Of a DNA stretch of 64,000 nt, positions 52,060 to 64,000 are shown one piece after another. The position numbers and the translations under genes are program-made. Under the pieces are notes generated by a model. It was given only the letters and a program-made list of their open reading frames with translations. It made no database searches and was not told where the DNA came from. Each line of letters begins with the position of its first letter. Position 1 is the stretch's first letter. The stretch comes from Chiloscyllium plagiosum (lineage: Eukaryota), in assembly GCF_004010195.1 (NCBI RefSeq), contig NC_057750.1, positions 11,941,144 through 12,005,143 of the forward strand. Direction: 5' to 3'.

Positions 52060-55000
52060 TTTACACATTACTTTAAAGCTATGCCCACTCCCTGAATGAC
52101 CCAGGGTAACAGCCCCAGTCAGGGGTCCCATACCCGTTCCAATTACTACATGCCTCCCAGCCTAAGTCCAGGGATGTAGGCCCATGCTCGCTCTTGTGGC
52201 TTCTCCTGGGCTGTTTTTGCCCCAGGTCCGGTTCCTCCGACTCTGACCGGGACACAGGCGGCATGGAACAGACGGTAGTGCATCTCTTCTGCCGGATCAT
52301 TTCAGAAGAAATTCCTCATCATCATCAGGCGGTAACAGTATTGATGCTGTGACATCGGCTGTATTGATCTCTGACTCTGAGGTTCCTTCGATGCCTGAAG
52401 GAAAGGGAGAATCCATGGTTTCTGAAAGCCTTCCTGGATGTTCTGAGGGGCCGGGTATGTTTTGCTCCTGCCCCTTTTGGGAGGTAGGAGCTTTCGTGTG
52501 ATTCAAATCTTTGCTCAGCATGGCCTTGCCTTCCCAAATTTTGTATGTCACGGCACCTGTCCTTGCATTGAACTTGCTTTGCACCTGTGCAAGGTCATTT
52601 CCATGGTTTTGACAACAAACTTTGTCCCCTGAAGTAAACTGCCTTTCTCACTTCGAGGAAGCATGGGGCTGGCCTTGGTGTTCCTTGATGCTGTTTCACC
52701 CTCTCCGCCCCAGGTATGGGAATATCAGGTTTAACTTGGTGCAGAGTCTTCTCTCCAACAGTAACTCTGCTGGAGCTGTTCCTGTAGTTGTGTGAGGAGT
52801 GGTCCTATTATCAAAGAGGAACTAGGACAGTTTGGTATCAAATAAAGCTGTAAGCTCTGTCTTTAAGCCTCCCTTCAATATTTGGACTGCTCTTTCCACC
52901 AGACTATTGGATGACGGATAGTATTGAGCTGTCCAAAAGTGCAGAATGCCTTTGACTTTAGGGTAAATACTCAAATACCTTACTGGTAATGACAACCCAT
53001 TGTCCGTGTCCAATCCTTCCGGGAGTCTGTGTATTGCAAACCATGCTCGCGGCTTCTCAATCGCCACCCTGAGTTTTATGATTAAACTCTATGCACGTCA
53101 AACCATTTTGATTGGATATCCACAATGACTAGGAACATTGGGCCCATGATAGGACTGGCACAGTCAACGTGAAACTGGGTCCAAGGTTTACTTGACCATT
53201 TCCACGACTGTGGGGTAGCTGTTGGCAGTAATTTTGTCCTTGCTGGTACTCTGTGCACTGTCCCACCAACACAGTTATGTTGGCATCCAATCCTGGCCAC
53301 CAGACATAACATCTTACCAAAAGTTTCATTCTGGAAATCCCTGGGTGACCCTGGTCGAGTTCAGCCAGTATCTAGTGGTGACCTTTAATTGAGACAATCA
53401 TTTTTGCTCCCCATAATAAAATGCTGTCTTTTACAGTGATCTGATCTCTCCGGGTCCCGAAAGGTTTCAGTCCTAGTTGTGATGGCCCTTTCGCTTCCCC
53501 CATTGCCACCAGCTGTTTTAGTTTTGCCAGGACAGAATCTTTTTGTGACCACAGTCAGATATATTCAGCGGTGACCGGCAGGGGGTCCAGAAAGTTTAAA
53601 ACCAGAACAAACTCTTCCAAGTGGTGTATCTGACAGTGGAAGGCGGCTTAAGCATCCACATTTGCCACTTGGCTTCCTAGACCATGTTCCAACTTGTAAT
53701 TGTACGCTCTGAGAATAAGGGCCCACCACTGAATTCGACCAGAAGCTATGGGTGGCACAGCCTTGTCTTCCTTAAGTAGCCCTATCAAGCGTTCATGGTC
53801 CGTTACTGTTATAAATTTGCATCTGTAAAGATATTAGGGGAATATTCTAATACCAAAGATGGCCACTAAATCTTCCTTCTCTGTTTGGCTGTATTTGCAC
53901 TTGACTTCAGCTGAAGTCTGGGAAGCGTTCGCTATTGGATGTTCCTCTGTATTGGGCCCCCCTGGGATCCCATACCACCCCGAAACCATACAGGGAGGCA
54001 TTGTATATCAACACCACATCTCACTTGGGATCGTAGTGGACCAACACCTTAGACGGTGCTCCTTCTCACTTCGCTAAAGGTTACTTCTTGGCCATGTGAC
54101 CAACTCCAAGGCTAACCCTTTTTCAGTAGCAGGTGTAAGATAGAGGCCAGATTACGTATGAATTCCATCAGAATTCACCAACCCAAGGAAAGACCGAAGC
54201 TCTAGTACACACATGGGAACCTGGGGTACCTTTGATCACTCTCACTTTATCATCGAATAGGTATAACCTGGTTTTGTCGACTCTGCAGCTCAAGTAGATC
54301 ATTTGGGGTGCCTGGAAACACGTTGTTCCCGTCTAAGGTTTATGTCTGCCTGGGAGAAACATTTAAGCACTATATCCAAGTTCTCCAGTGCTTTTTATTA
54401 GTCTTCTCCATTATTAGCATGTCATCTAAATAAATGGTAAGTTGGTGTAGTCCTTGTAAAATGTTCTCCATGGTCTGCTGGAAAAAGACACAGGCTGATG
54501 ATACCCCAAATGGCAATCTTGTAGATTGGTTCAAACTGTAATGGGTATTAATTGTGGTGTTCTTCTGGGACTCCTCATCTAGTCACAATTGCAGGTATGC
54601 ATGGCTTACATCCAGCTCTGTGAAGGACAGCCCCCTCACCCCCGCCCCCCCCCAACCCACACCCCTGCCACTTTTGCATATAAGTCCTCTATGCAAGGGA
54701 TTGGGTATTTATCCAATTGCAAGAAGCAGTTTACCATTTGCTCAAAATCCCCACAAGGTCAGGCTTCACAATTGTTACGACTGATGGTGCCCAATTGCAA
54801 ACTGGAGTGGTTTGATGACTCCTTTGTTTTCCGAGAGGTGTCTGCCTCTACCTTTGCCAGTAAGTCAAATGGCACTGGACAGATCTTGCAGATTCAAGGA
54901 ATTGCTTCCTGGTCAACATGTAAGGTGGCCTTAGGTCCTTTGATAGACCCTAGACCCTCCTGAAAAATGTTTAGGTATTTAATTAGGACATCAGTCAGGC

Positions 55001-56510
55001 AGCTATTTTCTAATTGAAAAGTGTCAAGCCAATCAAGGTCAATCTTTCTCAACCAACTGCACCCCATCAAACTTGGACCTGAGCCTTTTACTACAGTGGT
55101 AGGAGATTGGAACCAAAGTCATACCCTTAATCTGTAATGGTTCCTCGGTGTATGTTCTCAGTCTGGCTGAGGTCTTGCACAAACCTAAGAGTTGGAGTCC
55201 AGATGAATTTTGTTAAAGACTGGTTCTGCAATCACTGATACAGCTGCATGATAACTAGGTGACTGTTGAACCATTTATTTTGATTGGTGCTGATTTGGAT
55301 GTTGCTAAGCAACTTCACTGTTCCCAACCAGGGAGAGGTGGACTTACCAGGGTGTGCATTCTTCTGGATACCAGCCAATGAGTTCTTATTCTCAAGTCAG
55401 GCCTCATAGGTCTCCTTTGCTGTCTCAAGTTCACATGCTTGCAGCAACTTGCAGTTGAAGAACATTTTAGCCCTTTGGACGATGCTTCGCTTTGTTTTGG
55501 GGTTTTGCTGTGGACTGGCCTGGTAACCCTCTGCCCAGGAATATGTCCTGCGTGAAGCATCGAGATTGCCTGCAATTAAATGATGTCCTCCAAGCTTATT
55601 CAGACAGGTGAGGGTGTCCACTTCCATTGGGATAGCCTGTAGCTCACATGCTCCATTTGCTGTATTTGCTAATGACAAAGCCACTTGTAGTGCCCGTTTG
55701 AAGTCCAGTTGGACTTCAGCTAGTGGGCACTTTTGCACGATCATGTTATTAATCCCATGTACCAAAAGGTCTCTCCACATCTCATTCAGGGCTAACCCAA
55801 ATCACATGCCTCTTCCAGTCATTTTAACCTTGTCAAAAACCCGAGACAGATTCCCATGATTCTTGAACTGCCAAATAAAACCGATAGTATCTCAGAATTA
55901 GAGAAGGCTTGGGCCCATAACGTTCCATAATTAAATCTGTCAACTCTTAAAGTTTTTTAGTACCAGGTGCCTCAGGGAAGGTTAGGCTGCTAATAATGCT
56001 GCGGATCCACAAACAGTCAGAAAGATTACTTGTTGCTTTTCATCCGCCCCAATGTCATTTGCCTGGAAAAAATAATGCATTCTTTCCTCAGTCTTCGATG
56101 GTAGGATCGAATGGCTCAAGCTTCCCAAATAAAGGCACGATGCCAGAAATGCTTACTCCAACTCAAAGATGACTGTTAGAGTGAATTTTCTTCAGTAGCA
56201 TACAGTTTCCTCTCTGCAAGAATCCCGAAACGTTGATTTTCCTGCTCCTCGGATGCTGCCTGACTTGCTGGGCTTTTCCAGCACCACTCTAATCTAGAGT
56301 CTGATTTCCTGCATCTGCAGTCCTTACTTTTGCCTTTATTGACATGTGCATAGTACATATATTCTGACCAGCCAGATCGGATCTAGTCCCTTGAGTGAAG
56401 AGATTGTCTGAGGCTCCTGTTTATATCTGTCAGCCAAGACTCTCTGATGGCCCTGGTTAACAGCCCCATCATGGATCTCATACTCATTGGTCCTCACCCC
56501 AATCACTACA
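52060..56510 (-). mobile_element. Decayed Ty3/Gypsy element (gag, pol and integrase remnants) with LTR at ~56335-56510
   Basis: RCYVWWPGLDANI, PWTQFHVDCASP..MFLVIVD..SKWFDV, YYPSSNSLVERAVQILK; homologous to 14900-18190; PLE fragment at ~56222-56334. Confidence 0.85.
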
Positions 56511-56519
56511 GGAGGACAA

Positions 56520-56935
56520 GAGGCCTGCATGTCCTCTTTCACCTCCTAATTCTTGTATTAGAATATAAGGAAATAGATGGTGACATTTTGAAAAATGTCC
56601 ATATTACAGAGGAGAAAATGTTGGATGTCTTGAAACACATAAAGGTGGATTAATCTCCAGGACTTGATAAGGTGTACCCTCGAACTCTGTGGGAAGCTAG
56701 GGAAGTGATTGCTGGGCCTCTTGCTGAGATATTTGTATCATCGATAGTCACTGGTGAGGTGCCGGAAGACTGGAGGTTGGCTAACGTGGTTCACTGTTTA
56801 AGAAATGTATTAAGGACAAGCCAAGGAACTATAGACCAGTAAGCCTGACATCAGTGGTGGGTTGGCACATCTGTTTGGCATGGACGGATTGGACCAGAGG
56901 GTCTGTTTCTGTGCTGTACATCTCTGTGACTCTAT
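56520..56935 (+). mobile_element. Internally deleted CR1 fragment
   Basis: Matches 50000-50120 and the CR1 tail. Confidence 0.8.
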
Positions 56936-57496
56936 GTGACACATTACAGAAAGCACTTACTTTCTTATTGCCTTATTATGAGGCAAGTTGCTTATCTCTT
57001 GCACTGAATGTTCAGTGCTGAAGTGAGTTTTGAAATCTGTTTAAAAAAAAAGTAACTCCTTGGAAAGTTCAAGACCTCTGGAAAAGCCTTTCAGAGGAAT
57101 CAGGAATATTCTTAAAGATATATGTATATATATTCTGACAACTTCTGTTCTGAATGGGATGAGAACTGTCAAAGATAAGTTGACCCTTATGGTGAGTGCA
57201 GTGTGCAATTATTTCATGCATTATGTTACTTTTCCAATTGTTAAAATTGCCACAACGCATCAAAAATGTAAATTATTGCCCTGTTGGCCTCTGCTATCAT
57301 TTACATGGTTTCCGGGCTCTGTCCTGGCCCCTGGAAATTTTCCTGGAGATGGGATTGGCGTCTGCAGGTGGTCAGGGGCTGACTGGAATTTTCCACAGTG
57401 TCCGACTGGTGGTGGCTATATTTCCGAGCAGGCTATGAAACCTCCCTGCCTGTCATGTGAAGTGTCTGAAGCACAACACAACCCCCTTACTAAGTG

Positions 57497-58128
57497 GAAT
57501 TTAATGAACTTTCTCTCTGCGCATTTGGAAGGGGTAGGACATTTAATTGAGGTGGGATGTCGACAAGCTTTTCCCATCTCCACCTGAAATAAGTCAGGGA
57601 GAGAAAGGTACTCTTTCTAGCCTCTAATTGGCTAATTTGGGAAAAATCTGTACTAGCAACTGATTTGAGCAGCAGCTTTGCTGAGCAAGCTACTGGAATG
57701 ATACCTACTGGACTCCGGACACAGGTTTTGGTGGGACAGGTTTTGTGAGGTGTGGCTTGGGAGGGATAGCATTGTAGGGAAAATGACAGCAAAGGCAAGG
57801 CCTTCCCCTACCTTCTCGATGTCACGTCCTTGGTCAGCCACCGAATGCTTGCAAATGAGAATCTCTCCCACCCTAATCCTGCTCCACAGTATACCATAAA
57901 CCAGCCCTCCATTTTGATCTTTTCTGAACGCTGCATGTCAACAGACCCCCCTTTGGCCAATCAAGGGCCTCGTGAGTCGGCAGCGCGGAAGTCCAACTCT
58001 TGACTCTTTCAACTATTTCTGCCGTTGACTTAATTCAGGTGGAGATTGGAAAGATCATGCCACCATCCCACCTCAATTAAATGCCCTACCCTTTCCAAAT
58101 GCACAAAGAGAGAGAATGCATAGAATTC
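57497..58128. repeat. Diverged inverted repeat, arms ~57497-57596 and ~58027-58128
   Basis: gcatttggaaggggtaggacatttaattgaggtgggatg vs catcccacctcaattaaatgccctaccctttccaaatgc. Confidence 0.8.
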
Positions 58129-58821
58129 GACCCAATGAGTGGTAGTGCTCATTTCCTGACTCTGGAGGTGACCCACAGGGCACATCCTGTCGGAGAGGTT
58201 TCCAATAAGATTTGACCTCACAAGTTGTCAATAAAGAGCAATAATAACCTTAAAATTAGTTGAAAGATGTGCAACATGACTGGTACAATTTCACTGCAGG
58301 ATTGTGATCTATCCGTAAATATCTTTAAAGTTTCTACAGTCAAAATTTAGAGTTTTAAAGCAATTACGAAAGAGATTTGTGCCTTCTTTAATCCCTCAAC
58401 CACCCTTCCCACCTTTTCTCTCCTGGAGGCATTGAGTCATTCTGAACAGAGGCCAGTTTTGACTTAATTAGTGCCAGCTCTTCACACTTGGCTGAGAATA
58501 CACAGTGAGTTAGCAGTCATGATCAAAAGGCTTACCAAGACATTGTAATATGCAGCCCACTCCTCCTCCCTTGGGCCTGAAACTTGCTTTCATTCAACTC
58601 CCAATATCCGCCCACCTTGATAAGTTTCCAGATCCACATTCCTTTTTGAACCTTGGAAGTCCAGGTCAATTGAAGTTTGCAATGACCGCTCTGGCTGAAA
58701 GCAGTTAACATGGCCTAATGAACCTGGCTTCATTGCAATCTGTAAAAACTTGCCAACCTATCGTTCAGCATGTTATATTGCAATATGCAGGAAAGTTAAT
58801 TGCTTTTTTATAAAAAACATG

Positions 58822-58992
58822 CAATTTCTCTCTCCATACTTTCTCCCCACCCCACCCCCTTCTCATTTATCTCTCCACTCTGCAGACACCCTGCCTCTAT
58901 TCCTGATGAAGGGCTTTTGCCCGAAACGTTGATTTTCCTACTCCTCGGATGCTGCCTAACCTGCTGTGCTTTTCCAGCACCACTCTAATCTA
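58822..58992 (+). mobile_element. PLE family A 3' fragment with intact hammerhead core
   Basis: cctgatgaagggcttttgcccgaaacgttga at 58902-58932. Confidence 0.8.
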
Positions 58993-59486
58993 AACATGTA
59001 AAACTAGTCTAACACAGCCATGTAGTCATCGTCAATTGTTTTAAAAAAGCCCTATCTGATTCACTAATTCCCATTAAGGAAGGAAATCTACTGTATTCAT
59101 TCTGATCTATACGTGACTCCAGATCTACAGAAATGTGGGTAACTCTTAACAGCTCTCTGAAATGGACTAGAGATCCAATCGATTCAACTAAGCAACATCT
59201 ATATCCCATGAAAGGATTTTTAAAAACTCAAGAGTAGACGATTGATGAAGGAATCTGCTAATGGGCAAAGCAGATGAAAGGTGTGGATATTTTCGAAACT
59301 TGCCCGATGCCATTCTAAGAGTGGGTGGGGAAGCTTAACTGGCAGGAGACAAGAAACAAAATCAATTTTCCAATGGTGGATTAGATTTTGTACAGATTAA
59401 TGAAGAGATTTCAGTTCAGCATCCCTCACCCACTGAGCCTAATCCCCACTTGGTCCATGTTGGTTGGTCACTTGATTCATGCAGTA

Positions 59487-59808
59487 GTCAAAACGTGTGG
59501 TGCTGGAAAAGTACAGTGGGTCAGGCAGCATCCGAGGAGCAGGAAAGTCGACGTTTCGAGCATAAGCCCTTCATCAGGAAAGTGGATGACTCTTAACGGC
59601 TCTCTGAAATGGACTAGAGATCCAGTTGATTCAAGTGAAGTTAGGGATGGGCAACAAATGCTAACTGAGCAACACCTATATCCCATGAAAGAATAAAAAA
59701 AACTCAATAGTAGACAATTCGGATGCTGCTGGACAGGCTGTGCTTTTCCAACGCCACACTCTTCGACTCTGATCTCAAATATCTACTGTCCTCGCTTTCT
59801 CTTACTGT
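59487..59808. mobile_element. PLE family A inverted pair enclosing captured local DNA
   Basis: Minus arm 59490-59580, plus arm 59720-59803, TSD ttca(tg/ca)cagta. Confidence 0.75.
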
Positions 59809-60718
59809 TTCACACAGTACCCAAATAGGTAAGAACATTTGTCTCCACATTTTATTTTCATGCATTGAGGCATCTCTGGCTAGGCCAGCATTTATTGCCC
59901 ATTCCTACATGCCCAGAGAGCGGTTAAGAGCTAACTGCATTGCTGTGGGTCTGGAGTCACATGTAGGCAGACCAGATCAAGACAGCAGGTTTTCTTTCCT
60001 AAAATGAACCAAATGGCCTTTTCCGACAATCAACAATGGTTTCATGGTCATTATTAGACCCCTTAATTCCACATTGTTCACTGAGTTCAAATTCCATAAT
60101 CTGCTAAAGTGGGATTTGAACCCATGTCCCCAGAATAATAACTGAATTTCTGGATTAATACTCTAATGATATCTCCACTAGGCCATTGTCTCCACTATAT
60201 TGTTATGTTTACTCTTATACATAATGTTGAATTTGGATCTGAGATACCATTGTATTGTGCACCTTTCCTACCGTCATGGGTGATGCGATTGCATGATATG
60301 CAAATGTGGCATGTCTAGAGTTTTGTATTGGCTAGTTTTACAGTTTAGGTCAGTCTTACGGAAAGGAACTGAAAGTGGTTTGAACTGTAAATGGGTAATA
60401 GTTTACAATTTGGACCATAATTTGCATTCATGGGTTGTTCAGAAAAACTTTCTACAAAGAATCTTTTTGTAGTTAAATTTGTATCAACAACTTATCAGCT
60501 TGCAAATCGTTACCCATGATTAGTGACATTAAAATATGCAAGGATCTGTCAATTTTTAAAAACAAAAGTTTCCAGAACTTGGCCTGACTTCTTTGAGTTG
60601 GATTCCGTTGGAATCACGCCAATTTTTTGAAAGAAAGATTTCCTTTGAGGAGGCAGGAGTAACTATTTCAGAGAAGATCACTTATTACAGTGGCGAGAAA
60701 AATTCCTTGTAATGTCTT

Positions 60719-61032
60719 TGTAGTGACAGGATCTTGTTGACTACGAGATCCTTGATTTGGGTTGATATCCTGGGCCAACCAGGAAAGCCCTGGCTGACCG
60801 ATATAACTAGGAGATGGCAGAGCTGGTGGTGTACTGACCTAGCTAGAGGTTCAGGCTAATCTTCTGAGGAGTGGTTTCAAATTCAAATATAAGCAGGAGA
60901 TTTAATATCTCCTCACTTCAGGCGACTGACTCTGGGCTGGCTGTCTGTCTTGCCACAGCCAATGTTACTGCATGACCCAGTGAACTGAAGGATGACTTGG
61001 TGACAGGACCTGGCCTTTGTGCTGCTGGTTCA
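60719..61032 (+). mobile_element. Solo LTR of the same Gypsy family, with a 71-bp insertion at its TATA-like site
   Basis: tgtagtga...cctgggccaaccaggaaagccctggctgacc...gatgacttggtgacagga..tggcct..ttca aligns to the reverse complement of 17904-18190. Confidence 0.75.
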
Positions 61033-61142
61033 TGGACTGTGCCCTCATGGGTAGACTAACCCTCTGTGTGTGTATACCGTGCTTCCACGAGTGGAATTTG
61101 CCCGTGTGAGTGGACTGTACCCATGTGTGTGCACTTGCTTTT

Positions 61143-61357
61143 TTAGATTAGATTACTTACAGTGTGGAAACAGGCCCTTCGGCCCAACAAGTCCACACCN
61201 NNNNNNNNNNNNNNNNNNNNNNNNNNNNNNAGGAAACCCACGCAGACACGGGGAGAACGTGCAAACTCCACACAGTCAGTCGCCTGAGGCGGGAATTGAA
61301 CCCAGGTCTCTGGCACTGTGAGGCAGCAGCGCTAACCACTGTGCCACCGTGCCGCCC
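61143..61357 (-). mobile_element. HE1 SINE spanning an assembly gap (N at 61200-61230)
   Basis: HE1 head and tail lie on either side of the Ns. Confidence 0.88.
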
Positions 61358-61454
61358 ACTGTGTGTGTGGACATATTTTTTTTGTGTGGATTTTGCCATC
61401 GTGAGTGGATTCTATCCGTATGTGTGGACTTTGTGGATTTTTGCCTTTGCGTGT

Positions 61455-61825
61455 GGACTCTGCCTTCACAAGTAGACTCTGTCTTCACGCATGGACTCTG
61501 CCTTTGCATGAGAACTCTGCCTTCATGAGGGGACTCTGCCTTTGTGTGGAGACTCTGCCTTCACGTGTGGACTCTGCCTTTGCATGAGAATTCTGCCTTC
61601 GCATGTGAACTCTGCCTCCATGAGGGGACTCTCTCTTTGTGTGTGGACTCTGCCTTCATGAGGGGACTCTTCTTTTGAGAAAGGACTCTGCTTTCATGTG
61701 GGTCTCTGCCTTCGTGAGGGGACTCTTCTTTCATGAGGGGACTCTGCCTTCATTTGTGGACTCTGTCTTCGCATTGGGCTCTGCCTTCACGTGTGGACTC
61801 TGTCTTCGCATGGGGCTCTGTCTTC
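61455..61825. repeat. Minisatellite, ~19-bp unit gactctgccttcacgtgtg, about 19-20 degenerate copies
   Basis: actctg recurs every ~19 nt; more degenerate units flank the HE1 SINE. Confidence 0.9.
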
Positions 61826-62469
61826 GGGTATGGACCTTGGCCTTGTTAGTGGGCTCCACTTCTGCCTGTGTGCTGTATTTTTGTGTATTCCCATATTGAG
61901 CTGACTTGACCGCTAGCCAGCCTGCATGAAGGCCAGTCAAGGGCCAGTCAGTGGATGGGACTCCATCGGTACATAGATGGTCTGAGAGACAGAGGGTGCA
62001 TAGGGTGGCCAAGAGTCAGCCCTGTGGGTTGTGTGTTTATTGCTGTTTTGTATCACTGCACAAGATGAGATGTGACCTTTACATTATGCCTTACTTTCAG
62101 TGATGCGCTCTGATGCACAGTATCCATTGGTGCGTGTTATGGATGTTTCCTTACTGCTCAACCTTTTATCCCTGGGGGATGTTATGTTTTCTTTTTATGG
62201 AATGTATCTGGTTTATTACGTACCTTTTATAAAAGGAGAAAATGACCCATGTAACACTTTTGTTCCAGTTTATGTCATGTTTTTTGTTATTGTTTACATT
62301 GAGATTTGGGGTGTCCTATGTTGGTGTCTCTATTTCTCTGCTGTATGGTGATTTGTTGTTATATGATTATGGTGATGGTGGTGGTGGTGATGGGGTGGGG
62401 GTGGGGGCAGTGTAGGGAGTGGCTTTACCTGTACCCTTGAGGACAGGGACCATAGCAGAGTCTGGTCTG

Positions 62470-63612
62470 ATTTGGTGTCGGGGAGAAGGTTGGGGGACAT
62501 GGCCATGAGTGTCACCAGAGTTGGGGATGTGCTGGGTGGTGGGGGCCTGGGCTGGATGCTGCTGCAGGAATTGGCACATAGGGTGGTGGGAGACATCCAG
62601 CCTGTGACCACTGCCACCCAACGCCTCAGAACGGCGGTGCTCGAACCCGACATTGTGCACCAGTTGGAGAATGATGAAGTGTGCGATGGACTCCTGTCTA
62701 TGTGTAACCCCGTTCAGATGGAATTTCACCAGGATCCCATACCTCCCACCCTCGGGAGCCTGTACCCCTCAACCTCAGCTGCCTCCAGAACATAGGCAGT
62801 ATAGACTTTACAAGGGCAAAACGGCAGGCCATGTATGGACTTCTGCCTCACACCATTCACATCGTTTCCTCCATCCATCGCCTACAAATGCATTGGTGTG
62901 CCCAATTACAACCAGGCGATGGGGATCTCAGTGGAGGGCTCTCTTTGCAGGAGTCCTCCCTCTTTCTCTCAGGGATCTGGGGTGGAGGGTGTTGCATGTG
63001 CAGTCCCATGTGACTGCAGATTGCAATGGTTCATGGACTCCCGGTCCCACTGTTTTGCCGTGTGGTGGAGTCAGTGGACCATATATATGTTGGCTGTGGG
63101 CGTTTGCACTCCCTTTTCAGTTATCTCAAAGACCTTCTTCTTTGTTATTGGATGCACTTCAGCCCCACGCTCCTGGTCTTTGGGTAGCCAGTGGGGAAGG
63201 GAGTAGGCAGGTCAGAGGAGCTCCTTGCGGGTCTACTCCTGGGCTGACCAGACTGGCTATAAACAGCTCCAGGCAGCGGGCTGTGGAGGGGCTTGTTTTG
63301 GCTGATTGCTTGCCCTCTTCCATGGTTATGTTCGAGCCCGGGAGTCTTTGGAGAGGGAGCATGCGGTGTGTTTTATTTCCTTTCCAATTCTGTCTTGATT
63401 TGATCCCTACCCTCTCCTTCACCTTTTCTTTCATGTAAGCATTGCCACCAGCAGGGTTTTGTTGTTATTGGCTCCTTGGCCACATGGCTGTTTTTCCTGA
63501 TGGTGGAATATTAATAAAGGTATTTATACAACTGGTGTTTTCACTGTGTCCTACACACACACCTGGAGAGAACAAGCACCAGTACTGTATGGCAGTAGTT
63601 TAGGGTAATTAA
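62470..63612 (+). mobile_element. Tx1-clade (L1 group) LINE: ORF2 C-terminus and 3'UTR, frameshifted
   Basis: WRALFAGVLPLSLRDLGWRVLH, ESVDHIYVGCGRLHSLF (alternate frame), LAINSSRQRAV; AATAAA at ~63513. Confidence 0.75.
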
Positions 63613-63614
63613 AA

Positions 63615-63790
63615 ATAAATAACCAGGAGATTAGAATCTCTTGCGTTGAGAGAAAAAATATATAACCAGGAGATTTAGAATCTCATTTCAGGGGACTGAA
63701 TCGGCACTGATTGGCTCCAGCCAGCATACTGCGCACAAGTAAATAAAGGGTGACTTGGTGACTGGATACTGGCCTCTATTTAGTTATTTC
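63615..63790 (+). mobile_element. 3' half of an LTR of the same Gypsy family
   Basis: gcacaagtaaataaagggtgacttggtgactggatactggcctct..gttatttc is the reverse complement of 17905-17965. Confidence 0.8.
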
Positions 63791-64000
63791 GGTCTGGAAT
63801 GTTGTTTTTCTTGAATCTTTTCTCAGTTGCTCTTTATTCAAAAACTTCAAATAAACCCTCTGAATCAAAAATGGAATCAAAGGCAGGGCTTGCCAGTTTG
63901 TCCTGTATTTTGTGACTTGTTGATAACTCTATACGGCTCATTTTAATCTGTCTTGCTTCAGAGCTTATGCTTGTGCAGTAGTTAAGCAGAACAATAGTTG

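Noticed and set aside
57060..57587. 175-aa ORF
   Set aside because: Non-ATG start, no recognisable domain, and it overlaps an inverted repeat arm.
61455..61825. Regularly spaced repeat resembling a CRISPR array
   Set aside because: Contiguous degenerate 19-mers without unique spacers, eukaryotic context, no cas genes.
45000..64000. Exons of AXL or a second CYP paralogue
   Set aside because: No recognisable kinase, Ig, FN3 or P450 peptide found; short exons could have been missed.

Overview
Vertebrate (cartilaginous fish) genomic DNA; the HE1 V-SINE, CR1 and Penelope repeat set suggests a shark, plausibly a carpet shark (inference). Two host genes converge tail-to-tail. One is the last coding exon and 3'UTR of HNRNPUL1 (+, 50-166). 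The other is a complete 9-exon CYP2-family cytochrome P450 (-, 5802-44857; 1515 nt, 504 aa) with canonical CYP2 exon sizes and an ~18 kb first intron. The rest is mostly transposon debris: HE1 and other SINEs, CR1, Rex1 and Tx1 LINEs, two decayed Gypsy elements with related solo LTRs, and three families of Penelope-like elements (PLEs) carrying minimal hammerhead ribozyme motifs. Most notable: (1) three of five copies of one Gypsy LTR family are interrupted at the same TATA-like site, twice by a Tx1-clade LINE 3' end, suggesting a retroelement that targets another element's promoter; (2) the P450 has lost many proximal-face residues used for reductase binding while keeping heme ligation; (3) intact hammerhead cores, one on the CYP sense strand; (4) a PLE that captured nearby host DNA; (5) a ~255 bp-arm inverted repeat in CYP intron 1. 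Repeat boundaries are approximate and were read by eye.
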